43,854 nucleotides of DNA, taken from NCBI GenBank assembly GCA_964449465.1, contig CAYVBK010000015.1:64001-107854 (forward strand), read 5' to 3'. The notes beneath the pieces were generated by a model. The model searched no databases. It had not been told where the DNA came from and was given only the letters and a program-made list of their open reading frames with translations. Below are positions 26,757-35,523 of this stretch, piece after piece. Origin of the DNA: an uncultured Anaerolineae bacterium. Lineage in GTDB: Bacteria; Chloroflexota; Anaerolineae; JAFGEY01. The translations under genes and the position numbers were made by a program. Position 1 is the first letter of the stretch. The number at the start of each line of letters is the position of its first letter.

Positions 26757-29704
26757 TGAAAACTCGTCAGAAATGGATGTGTATGGTATTGATTGGCTTG
26801 TTTGTGTTGGGCCTGGCGTCGTCCGAGTTTGCGCCAATGCGCGCGCCCGTCGCGGCCGCGCCGCCTTGGGCTGCACCGCAAGCGGCGACAGGGACTCTTA
26901 CCGTGACCAGCCTGGCCGACTCGACGGCGAATGACGGCTATTGCACACTGCGCGAGGCGATCATCAATGCCAACAATAACGCGGCTACCTGGCCCGACTG
27001 CCCCGCCGGCAGCGGGCTAGACGTGATTGATTTGACCAGCTTGAGCGGGCAGATTACCTTGCTCGCCAACCTGCCGGAATTGACCGACCCCGCCGGCTTG
27101 TCCGTGCAAGGCCCCGGCGCAGCAACGCTGGCGATCAGTGGCAACGATGCATACCGCATGTTTCGGGTCTTTCAGGATAACCCGCCCATTGATGGGCCGC
27201 TTACAGTGCGCGATTTGACCTTGCGGAACGCCAAAGGGGATAATCCTGGCAGCGTGATTCGCACGCCCAGTGGGAGCGCCGTAGAGGTGTGGAACAGCGT
27301 CATCATCAGCAACACCCACAGCGCCATTTATATTGCGGGCGGCAGCTTGAAGGTGAGCCACACCACGTTTAGCGGCAACACAACCACCGGCGCCGGCGGC
27401 GCCATCCAGGCCGTCAACAACTTTCAGGCTGCGCAGCCGGCCCCCACTGTATGGGTAGATGCTTCCACCTTTATCCGCAACCAGGCGGGTGCCGGCCATG
27501 CGATTGATCAAAACAGCGGCAGCCTGATGCTTGACAACAGCCTGTTTCAGAAGAACGGTGTCACCACCAGCGACGGCTATGGCACGGTGAATTACAGTGG
27601 GAATATGGACATTGTCGTGACAAACTGCCAGTTTCAGGGTAATCAGACCCGGCAGGGCGGCGCGCTGCACGATGCCGGGGGCATGGGCGTAGTCTATATT
27701 GAAAACAGCCGGTTCATCAGCAACACGACGGGGTATACTGCCGGCGTCATTCGCAGCGGCGGCGGGCGCGCCCTCGACATCCGCCGCAGCCTGTTTGTGG
27801 AAAATATGACGACAGAAAAGGGCGGCGTAATTTACAGCTATGCGCCCATCACGGTTACCGCCAGTGCCTTTTATAGCAACACGGCCGGTTATATGGGCGG
27901 CGTGATTATGACGGAAAACGACGCCACCGGCCCGATTACGATCTTGAACAGTCTGTTCCAGAGCAATCACGCCGAGTGGGGCGGCGCGATCTGGTTTGGG
28001 CGTGGTCTATATGTGACAAATACCACCTTTTACACCAACACGGCAGGGTATGCCGGCGGCGCACTGGCCTCGTTTGAGGGCTGGGGCGAAATCAACAACA
28101 GCACCTTCGATCACAACGGGGCCGCCAACGGTGCCGCCTTGTATTTTAGTAACGGCTGGGCGCCACCGATCACGTTGCGCAATACCATCATTGCCAACCC
28201 GTTATGGGGCAACAATTGTCATACCTATACCGGCTCGTACACTGACGGCGGCAATAATCTGCAATACCCCGGCACCAGTTGCAATGCAGCGATCCCAGAA
28301 CTGAATCCGCTGTTAGACCCTGCCGGCCCGCAGGATAACGGCGGCCCCACCTGGACAATTGCGCTGCAAGCCGGCAGCCCGGCGATTGATCGGATCCCGA
28401 CCGGTGGCGTTTGCCCGGCGACCGATCAACGCGGCGCGCCTCGCCCGGTGGACGGCGATGGGGTCGGCGCGGCCGATTGCGACAGCGGCGCGTATGAATA
28501 CGGCAGCGTCGGCCCGGTCACGCTCAGCAAGACGGCGGTGGACGCAAACGGCACACCGCTCAAACCCGGCGACACCATCTCTTACACCGTGCGCGTCGAG
28601 AACACCTTCCCGGCCGCGGTGACCGGCGTGATCGTCACGGACACGATCCCGGCCTACACCACCTACATCCCAGGTTCCGCCGTTCCGCCGGCGACCAGGG
28701 TGGAGAACGTGTTGGTGTGGAGCGGTTTGAGTCTGACGGCCAAACAGGTGCAAACACTCACCCTGGCTGTGACGGTGAACGAGAACGCCGGCGGTCAGGT
28801 GATCAACAATGTGGCCTGTACAGTGCAGCCAGGGGTGTCACAGACCTGCACGCAGCCCGTCACCCCGGCCGGCCCGGATGGCGGCACCGTCACGCCGGTG
28901 TTGGCCTTGGGCAAGACGGCGTTGGACGTGAACGGCGCACCGCTGCTGCCCGGCGACACAATCCGCTATACCATCCAGGTGACAAACAGCCATGCCGTCA
29001 CCGTCACCGGCTTTACACTCCAAGATGCCATCCCCGCGTACACCACCTATGTGGCCAACTCGGACACGCCCGAAGCCGATGCGGACGCCGACCCGTTGGT
29101 CTGGAGCAATCAGACCATTCCGCCGGGCGTCAAGACATACACATTCGAGGTGACCATCAATGCCAACGCCGGTGGACAGAGCATTGCCAACATGGCTTGC
29201 CTGACTCAACAGGGGCTGACGCAGGCCTGTACCCAACCGGTGACACCGCCTGGCGCACCAGGGAGCACGGTTGTGCCAGTGTTGGCCTTGGGCAAGGCGG
29301 CGTTGGACGTAAACGGCACGCCGCTGCTGCCCGGCGACACAATCCGCTATACCATCCAGGTGACGAATCCGCACAGCGTTGACGTATCGGGTGTCGTCAT
29401 CAGCGATGTGATTCCGGCGTATACCACCTACGCGCCCAACTCGGACACGCCCGAAGCGGATGCAGATGCCGACCCGTTGGTCTGGAACAATCAGACCATT
29501 CCGCCGGGTGTCAAGACATACACATTTGAGATCACTGTGAATGTCGGTGCGGTAGGACAAACGATTCGGAATCGAGCTGTGATGCGGCAGCCAGGTCTGA
29601 CAGAGCCAGGCATGACGCCTTGGGTTGAACCATCGGGCGGGGGGCTGGTAAAACAGCTGGTGTATCTGCCGCTGGCGATCAAAGACCTGTCTATGCAACC
29701 ATAA
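26753..29704 (+). CDS. Large secreted protein: signal peptide, CSLREA-like N-terminal motif, right-handed parallel beta-helix repeats, 3 tandem DUF11 (conserved repeat) domains
   Basis: Signal MMKTRQKWMCMVLIGLFVLGLASS. GYCTLREAIINAN matches the CSLREA-domain motif. Gly/Asn/Thr-rich PbH1-like repeats follow. Three ~127-aa repeats carry LKPGDTI(S/R)YT. Confidence 0.8.
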   Translation: MMKTRQKWMCMVLIGLFVLGLASSEFAPMRAPVAAAPPWAAPQAATGTLTVTSLADSTANDGYCTLREAIINANNNAATWPDCPAGSGLDVIDLTSLSGQITLLANLPELTDPAGLSVQGPGAATLAISGNDAYRMFRVFQDNPPIDGPLTVRDLTLRNAKGDNPGSVIRTPSGSAVEVWNSVIISNTHSAIYIAGGSLKVSHTTFSGNTTTGAGGAIQAVNNFQAAQPAPTVWVDASTFIRNQAGAGHAIDQNSGSLMLDNSLFQKNGVTTSDGYGTVNYSGNMDIVVTNCQFQGNQTRQGGALHDAGGMGVVYIENSRFISNTTGYTAGVIRSGGGRALDIRRSLFVENMTTEKGGVIYSYAPITVTASAFYSNTAGYMGGVIMTENDATGPITILNSLFQSNHAEWGGAIWFGRGLYVTNTTFYTNTAGYAGGALASFEGWGEINNSTFDHNGAANGAALYFSNGWAPPITLRNTIIANPLWGNNCHTYTGSYTDGGNNLQYPGTSCNAAIPELNPLLDPAGPQDNGGPTWTIALQAGSPAIDRIPTGGVCPATDQRGAPRPVDGDGVGAADCDSGAYEYGSVGPVTLSKTAVDANGTPLKPGDTISYTVRVENTFPAAVTGVIVTDTIPAYTTYIPGSAVPPATRVENVLVWSGLSLTAKQVQTLTLAVTVNENAGGQVINNVACTVQPGVSQTCTQPVTPAGPDGGTVTPVLALGKTALDVNGAPLLPGDTIRYTIQVTNSHAVTVTGFTLQDAIPAYTTYVANSDTPEADADADPLVWSNQTIPPGVKTYTFEVTINANAGGQSIANMACLTQQGLTQACTQPVTPPGAPGSTVVPVLALGKAALDVNGTPLLPGDTIRYTIQVTNPHSVDVSGVVISDVIPAYTTYAPNSDTPEADADADPLVWNNQTIPPGVKTYTFEITVNVGAVGQTIRNRAVMRQPGLTEPGMTPWVEPSGGGLVKQLVYLPLAIKDLSMQP
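28515..29650 (+). repeat. Intragenic tandem DNA repeat, 3 units of ~381 bp (DUF11 modules); units 2 and 3 ~90% identical
   Basis: ccggtgttggccttgggcaagacggcgttggacgtgaacggc at 28895 matches ccagtgttggccttgggcaaggcggcgttggacgtaaacggc at 29276, a period of 381 bp. Confidence 0.8.
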
Positions 29705-29870
29705 CTCTCTTGAAAAAAGGCATCCAGGCAGTTTTTTCAGTAAACCTGGCCATTGCAATAAAACAGTAAGGCAAGCGTCAGGTAAGCGTATGATCATCGT
29801 AGAATAGCCGTCCAGCTTGTTTTCCTGATCTGCGATATATTATGTACAGATAATCTTCTCCTCCTTTTGA

Positions 29871-29903
29871 CAAGAGCCAGAGCTTGGGCAACTCTGGCTC
29901 TTG
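29871..29903. terminator. Hairpin CAAGAGCCAGAG-cttgggcaa-CTCTGGCTCTTG (12-bp stem)
   Basis: Perfect inverted repeat lying between convergent genes. Confidence 0.45.
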
Positions 29904-29919
29904 TTGATCCTGGCGGAAA

Positions 29920-29957
29920 AAACAAACAGCCGATTGGAATCGGCTGTTTGTTTTTTT
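29920..29957. terminator. Bidirectional rho-independent terminator (A-run, 16-bp stem, T-run)
   Basis: aaaaaACAAACAGCCGATT-gg-AATCGGCTGTTTGTttttttt. Confidence 0.75.
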
Positions 29958-29971
29958 GAGGCGGCGGCCTA

Positions 29972-30400
29972 TCAGGCCTCGGCGATGCGTTTGAGGTTTT
30001 GCAGTGTCTTGTCGGCCATTTCTTCAAAGCTGCTGATCACAATAGATTCGGCCAGCTTGGCCGGGCCGCTCAGCTCGGCTTCGATGGTAAAAGAAAGCCG
30101 GGTGCGCTCACCCATCGCCAGATAATCCCATTGCATATAGCCCTTGTTGGCCGGCCCGACAAATTCGCCTTTCCAGCAGACGCCGGGATCGAACACCACT
30201 ATGGTGGTTTTGGCCGGCAGCGGGATTTTGCTGACCGTGATGCCATGTTCGACTATGGTGCCAACTCCTCCATCGCCATGAATGGATTTGGCCTCCGAGG
30301 CACCATCAAACCAGGTGTGCCACTGTGCCGGATCTTTGGCGACATCCCAAATTTTGGGTATTGGTGCTTTGATCGTAATAGATTTTTCGACTTTGGCCAT
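29972..30400 (-). CDS. SRPBCC (Bet v1/START/polyketide-cyclase-like) ligand-binding protein
   Basis: IKAPIPKIWDVAKDPAQWHTWF is the SRPBCC N-terminal signature. Start trimmed to ATG 30400 after GGGGGAG. Confidence 0.65.
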   Translation of the reverse strand: MAKVEKSITIKAPIPKIWDVAKDPAQWHTWFDGASEAKSIHGDGGVGTIVEHGITVSKIPLPAKTTIVVFDPGVCWKGEFVGPANKGYMQWDYLAMGERTRLSFTIEAELSGPAKLAESIVISSFEEMADKTLQNLKRIAEA

Positions 30401-30472
30401 ATCTCCCCCGCAACACAAAGTAAATAAAAACCAATCTGGTATCTTGGCCTATTTTACCCAGAAATCTTTTGA

Positions 30473-30501
30473 ATGACAACTCGATGCAGGTATGGTATAA
30501 T
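30473..30501 (+). promoter_or_regulatory. Sigma70-like promoter ATGACA-17-TGgTATAAT (extended -10)
   Basis: -35 ATGACA at 30473-30478, 17-nt spacer, TGg then TATAAT at 30496-30501. The ATG at 30562 is 60 nt downstream. Confidence 0.5.
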
Positions 30502-30561
30502 GATAACATCCATGATATGTTTTGTTAGTTCGATTTCTCGGATATTTTGGGGCATTTCAAG

Positions 30562-32601
30562 ATGAATAAACGCTCTTACAAGCGCGAGATGTTCAAATCT
30601 GGGATGGGGCTGGTGTACCCTCGTCTGCCGGTAGTTTATTCGCTGCTGATCGGTCTGTTGGGCGTGGCGGTGTTGGTGCAACTGGTCGAGTATCAGACGG
30701 CCTCTTTTGATCTGTGGGCGCTGCTTGCTTTTGCGGTGGTGGCCATGCTGGTTTCGTATTTTCGTCTGCCCATGGGCCAGGATGGCGCCGAATTGAACCT
30801 GGAAGGGGCTGTGCTGCTTGGGGCCATGCTCACCGGTGGACCAATTGTGGGCGGGTGGGCGGCGTTCATCGCTGGCCTGGCGACAGGTTTGGCGCCGTAT
30901 CTGGCGCAGCGACATGCTCGCAAAGCCTGGATTGAGCATGTGGCCTCGGCAGCATGTCATGGTGGGCGCAATGTGATGGCGATTGGCGGCGCATGGACAG
31001 TTTTGACCGGGTTGGGCGGTTCATTGCACCCGGCGACGGTGCAAGCCAGGACTGTTCTGGCTCTGGTTTTGATGTGCCTGGTCTATGTCTTGCTGCGCCT
31101 GATTCTTTATGTGCCGGTGGTGCTGCTGGCCGGTCGCACCGATGAGCGGGCCTGGGCGCGCACATGGAATCCGACGCAGATTTTGCTAGAATTGGCACCC
31201 CTGCCGGCGGCCTTGCTGATCGCGCCGGTCTGGGCGGCCTGGACATGGGCGCGCCTGTTGACCCTGGCCATAATGCTGGTCGGCGTGGGAGCGTTGGTAC
31301 GTCACATGCGCATGGAGAACCATCAACTGCAAGACCGGGTGCAAGAATTGCTTTTTGCGCAGAGGGTGCATAGAGAGATCGATCGCTCAGCAGGGGACCT
31401 GGATGCGCTGAGCCGGCTGACCCAGGCATGGTGCGCCGAGATTGTGTCGTGTCAATGCGAGATGGGGATATTTGACGCCGCCCAAGACCATGCTGGTGTC
31501 TATGTGCGGCTGGAAGACGGTCGCTGCCTGCCGCCGATGCACATTCCCATCACCACCATGTGGCAGTGGGCGGCCAGCCTGGCTGCGCCCCACCTGGTGG
31601 ATACGCCCGAGTCGTTTGCCGAACTGCCCTTTAACCTGCCGCCGTTCGAGTCGGGCCTGCCGGTGAGCAGCGCATTGTTCATCCCGTTGCATCGCCAGCC
31701 TGCTGCCGCACCCGGCTGCGAACTGCCTTTGCTCGAGCCGGCCGGTGCATTGATTTTGTTGTCGGCGCAACCTCATGCTTTGGGGCCGGCGCAAACGGGC
31801 CGTTTGAACACGGTGGCGCAGGCCCTGAGCACAAAACTGCCGGACATTTTGGCCTTTCAGTCGCGCGCCTGTGAGCCAGAACTATTGTCCGGTTTGCAGC
31901 GCAGGTTAATTTCGCCGTGCCTGCCGCCGTGTGTGGGCTGGGAAGTGGCACTGGCCTGCCGGACTGACTCGCCGGACGGCGGAGTCTGGTATAGCTGGCT
32001 CGACCTGCCCGCTCAAGCAGTGGGCATTGCTTTGGGGCAGATGCAAGGGCAGGGAGCAGCGACAATGCTGGCGGCGGCGGCAGCGCAGGCCTTGTTTCAA
32101 TCGCTGCCACCGCAAATAGATGTAACGCCGGCGCAGATTGTGCGCAACCTGAATGTGTGCCTGAGCGCGGCAGGCAACCCGCCGCTATCGCTGCTTTATG
32201 CGATTTTGGATCAGGATGGCGTGCTGACCTGCGCCGGCATGGGCGCGACGGCGGTGTGGTGGTGGCAGCACGGTCAGAGGCATGTCCAGACAGTCCGTGC
32301 GTCTAGCGCTCCAGGAAGCGAACGCCTGAGCCGGACTGACGACCAAACTGGCCTGGCGCCGGCCTCTGGTGATGTGGTGATTTTGAGCGTGCCCAATTTG
32401 CTGCACGGCTGTAGTGAGAACCAGAACCGCCCGGCCTGGCAGCAATGGTCACTAGCCATTGAGCAGTGGGCCGATGCGTCGATCCAGGACATGGCCGATG
32501 GGCTGCTAAGCGCGTTGATAGACCTGGCGCAGGCCGACGCCGCCGATGGCTCTGGTCGTGCGGTGCTGCTGGTCTTGCGTCGTCAGGAGGATGGGTTATG
32601 A
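30562..32601 (+). CDS. Membrane-anchored sensor phosphatase: N-terminal multi-TM domain, GAF-like middle, C-terminal PP2C/SpoIIE-type phosphatase
   Basis: About 7 hydrophobic helices lie within residues 20-260. C-terminus reads VGIALGQMQGQGAATMLAAAAA...LLYAILDQDGVLTCAGMG, PPM/SpoIIE-like. The stop overlaps the next start (ATGA). Confidence 0.6.
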   Translation: MNKRSYKREMFKSGMGLVYPRLPVVYSLLIGLLGVAVLVQLVEYQTASFDLWALLAFAVVAMLVSYFRLPMGQDGAELNLEGAVLLGAMLTGGPIVGGWAAFIAGLATGLAPYLAQRHARKAWIEHVASAACHGGRNVMAIGGAWTVLTGLGGSLHPATVQARTVLALVLMCLVYVLLRLILYVPVVLLAGRTDERAWARTWNPTQILLELAPLPAALLIAPVWAAWTWARLLTLAIMLVGVGALVRHMRMENHQLQDRVQELLFAQRVHREIDRSAGDLDALSRLTQAWCAEIVSCQCEMGIFDAAQDHAGVYVRLEDGRCLPPMHIPITTMWQWAASLAAPHLVDTPESFAELPFNLPPFESGLPVSSALFIPLHRQPAAAPGCELPLLEPAGALILLSAQPHALGPAQTGRLNTVAQALSTKLPDILAFQSRACEPELLSGLQRRLISPCLPPCVGWEVALACRTDSPDGGVWYSWLDLPAQAVGIALGQMQGQGAATMLAAAAAQALFQSLPPQIDVTPAQIVRNLNVCLSAAGNPPLSLLYAILDQDGVLTCAGMGATAVWWWQHGQRHVQTVRASSAPGSERLSRTDDQTGLAPASGDVVILSVPNLLHGCSENQNRPAWQQWSLAIEQWADASIQDMADGLLSALIDLAQADAADGSGRAVLLVLRRQEDGL

Positions 32602-33674
32602 ACTCGAAAGAGCGAGTGCTGACCGCGTTTGCCCATCAACAGCCCGACCGCGTGCCGATTGACTATGCGGCCAATCCGGGCATAGACGGTCGGCTCAAGG
32701 CCTGGTATGGCCTGGACGCCGCGGATGATGAAGAACTGCGGCAGGTGTTGGGGGTAGATTTTCGGCACGTGGGCGCGCCCTATGTGGGAGCACCGCTGCA
32801 CCCGCCTGTGCCGGATCGCCAGGTGGACATGTGGGGGATTCGTCGCCGTTGGATCGAACACGAGAGCGGCGGATATTGGGATTACTGCGATTTTCCCTTG
32901 CAGCAGGCCACCCTGGACGAGATCGCGGCCTGGCCTATGCCGTCGCCGGACGATTTTGACTATACTCAGGTAGCCGCGCAGTGCCGCCAGATGCAGGCCT
33001 GGTGCGTCTATGCCGGAGACGCCGGGCAGGGTGACCTGATCAACAGCACGGGCATGATCCGCACCATGAGCCAGGTGTTGATTGACCTGATCAGCGACGA
33101 CCCGGCCGGTTTGTGCTATATGGATCGCAAGATCGGCATCCAGCTGGAGGTGTTGTACCGCACCCTGGAAGCGGCGCGCGGCGGCATTGACTTGCTATGG
33201 ATCGGCGAGGACCTGGGCACACAGATCGGCCCGCTGATCAGCCTGAGCCTGTATCGCCGCCATTTGCGCCCGCGCCATCAAAAGTTTGTAGACCTGGCCC
33301 GGCATTTCAACATTCCGGTGATCATTCACTGTTGCGGATCGAGCAGTTGGGCCTTTGAAGATTTTATCGAGATGGGCATTGATGCTGTAGACACGTTGCA
33401 GCCCGAAGCACACAACATGGCTCCGGCCTATCTCAAACAACAGTTTGGCGACCGGCTGGCCTTTCACGGCTGCATTTCGACGGCCGGGCCGGTGGCCGGC
33501 GGCACAGTGCAGGAAACCATAGAGCATGTGCGGCAGACGTTGGAGGTGATGATGCCGGGCGGCGGCTATGCCCTGGCCCCCACCCATATGCTGCAAGACA
33601 ATTCGCCCACCGAAAATGTGGTCGCCATGTACCAGGCAGCGCAGCAGTACGGTCGTTATCGTGCAGTAGACTGA
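32598..33674 (+). CDS. Uroporphyrinogen-decarboxylase (URO-D) family protein (MtaA/CmuA-like methyltransferase fold)
   Basis: Start ATG 32598 with AGGAGG 7 nt upstream. N-terminus is RVLTAFAHQQPDRVPIDYAANPG, the typical URO-D-family start. The track's N-extension to 32466 is rejected. Confidence 0.6.
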   Translation: MNSKERVLTAFAHQQPDRVPIDYAANPGIDGRLKAWYGLDAADDEELRQVLGVDFRHVGAPYVGAPLHPPVPDRQVDMWGIRRRWIEHESGGYWDYCDFPLQQATLDEIAAWPMPSPDDFDYTQVAAQCRQMQAWCVYAGDAGQGDLINSTGMIRTMSQVLIDLISDDPAGLCYMDRKIGIQLEVLYRTLEAARGGIDLLWIGEDLGTQIGPLISLSLYRRHLRPRHQKFVDLARHFNIPVIIHCCGSSSWAFEDFIEMGIDAVDTLQPEAHNMAPAYLKQQFGDRLAFHGCISTAGPVAGGTVQETIEHVRQTLEVMMPGGGYALAPTHMLQDNSPTENVVAMYQAAQQYGRYRAVD

Positions 33675-33686
33675 AAACACAACCCC

Positions 33687-33721
33687 CCGCCCTTCGATAT
33701 GAGGGGCGGGGGGTTATTCTC
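33687..33721 (+). terminator. GC-rich hairpin terminator aaCCCCCCGCCC-ttcgatatgag-GGGCGGGGGGtt
   Basis: 10-bp G/C stem immediately after the URO-D-family gene stop. Weak T-tract (ttattct). Confidence 0.5.
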
Positions 33722-33906
33722 CAGATTTTGCCCAGAGGTTATTTGTGGACGACACGGCTCCAACCTTTGAGCGATGGTCGCCTGCGCCATTGCAAGTGCC
33801 ACCTTCTCAAAGGGTTGCCGGGTGGGGCCGTGCCTGAAAACAAGGACATGTTACCACACCCGTTGATCCCCTGCTTGACGCTCACTTGACGCTTTCAATA
33901 CGCCGG

Positions 33907-35517
33907 TCAGAACCCAGGCTGAACGGCTTGCCCCTGCCCCTCGACCAGCCAGCGATAGGTTTTCTCGATGCGATCCCAATGGTGTTCCCGGTCGAGGGCC
34001 CAAAAGCGGCCAATGACGCCGGCGCATTGCCCCACACCCAACCGGTCACACTCGGCCTCGATCTCGTTGACATACAGCGCGCCGCTTTCCGGCTTTTCGC
34101 CGCGCCGCCCCAACAGGCCATGCACATAGACCTCTGACAAGCCCTCTTGTTTAGCCATACGCAGCAGGGCCTTGAGGTGTTCGACCGAGCCGTGCGAGCT
34201 GTAGAATGAGATGATGCCCAACAGATGCAGGCGCACACCATCGCGCCGGGCTCCTTGCATGGCCCAGAGAAAGGCCGGATTTTGGAAAAAGCTGCCGTCG
34301 GCGATGGCCCGTTCGATACGCAGCCGGTCGGACGGCACCACCCGTCCTGCGCCCAAATGCATGTGTCCCACCTCTGAATTGCCCACCGTCTTGCCTGGCC
34401 GCCCCGGCACGGTGTTGGGCAGGCCCACGGCCTCGCCGGCGGCCTCGATGCGGGTAGCAGGAAAATCGCGCTGGATGGCGTCCATCGTGGGCGTGTCGGC
34501 CTCCCAGATCAGGTTGCCCCAGGTGTCGTCGCGCGCCCCCCAGCCATCGAGGATCAGCAGGGCCACGCGGATGGGCGGCAGGTCGGCCGGCGGGTGGACG
34601 ATCAGCGGCGCGCCGGTCATGGCCGCCGGGCGGGGGATGCCTAACAGGTGCAGCGCGGTGGGGGCCACGTCGGTCAGACCGCCGTCGTTACGCAGCGATG
34701 CGTGGCGCAGCGGATGGCCGGGCGGCGATACCAGCACAAACGGCACCGGGCTGTCGGTGTGACCGGTGTCAATGGTGCCGTCTTCATAATACCACTTTTC
34801 CACCGTGCCATGGTCGGCTGTGACCAGGACCATGACGCCTTGTTCCTGAGCCGTTTGCAGTACACGGCCAAGCTGACGATCTACGGCCGAGACGGCCTGC
34901 TTGATCCGCTCCTTGTCTTCGCTGTGACCGATCACGTCGGTGTTGGCCCAGTTGACCACGATCAGGTGCCAGGTAGGGTCGCGCAAGGCCTCTATGGCTG
35001 CATCGGCGACCTCTTGGGCGCACATTTCGGGCAGCGGCCAATAACCCTCGAACGGGCGCGAGGGGATGATGCGCCAGGTTTCGCCAGGAAACGGATCGTT
35101 GCGTTTGCCGTTGAGGAAATAGGTTACATGCACCCCTTTTTCCGACTCGACGATCTTGATCTGGCGGCGACCGGCGCGGCTGACCGTCTCGCTCAAAGTG
35201 TCGTGGAGAATGCCCAGCGGCGGAAAGGCCACATGCTCCACCAGGCCGGGCCGGTATTCGATCATAGTAGCCCAGTGCGTTTGGATGGGTGAGCGGGGGA
35301 AATGGGGAAATTCGCTGCCGACAAAGGCCTCGGTCAGCTCGATCTCGCGTTCGCCGCGAATGTCGTCAAAAATCACATAATCGCCGTTTTGGATGCGACC
35401 AACCGGCTGCCCATCGGGGCCAGCCAGGAGCAGCGGTTCCATCGTTTCGTCATCCTGGCCGGCGCGGTAGGCCTCGCGGATGGCCTGAGCGATGGGAAAG
35501 AACAAAGAATTGGACAT
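33907..35517 (-). CDS. Cofactor-independent phosphoglycerate mutase (iPGM/GpmI family), circularly permuted domain order
   Basis: Residues 1-~295 align to the C-terminal half of GpmI (IFxxxRxDRxRE, AFPP, ETEKxxHVTFFxNG, NxxNxDMVGH, TADHGN, EMTG...L). Residues ~305-536 align to the N-terminal half (LLILDGWG, MGNSEVGH, AMDRDxRWDR). Start ATG 35517 with AGGAG 6 nt upstream. Confidence 0.85.
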   Translation of the reverse strand: MSNSLFFPIAQAIREAYRAGQDDETMEPLLLAGPDGQPVGRIQNGDYVIFDDIRGEREIELTEAFVGSEFPHFPRSPIQTHWATMIEYRPGLVEHVAFPPLGILHDTLSETVSRAGRRQIKIVESEKGVHVTYFLNGKRNDPFPGETWRIIPSRPFEGYWPLPEMCAQEVADAAIEALRDPTWHLIVVNWANTDVIGHSEDKERIKQAVSAVDRQLGRVLQTAQEQGVMVLVTADHGTVEKWYYEDGTIDTGHTDSPVPFVLVSPPGHPLRHASLRNDGGLTDVAPTALHLLGIPRPAAMTGAPLIVHPPADLPPIRVALLILDGWGARDDTWGNLIWEADTPTMDAIQRDFPATRIEAAGEAVGLPNTVPGRPGKTVGNSEVGHMHLGAGRVVPSDRLRIERAIADGSFFQNPAFLWAMQGARRDGVRLHLLGIISFYSSHGSVEHLKALLRMAKQEGLSEVYVHGLLGRRGEKPESGALYVNEIEAECDRLGVGQCAGVIGRFWALDREHHWDRIEKTYRWLVEGQGQAVQPGF

Positions 35518-35523
35518 GATACA

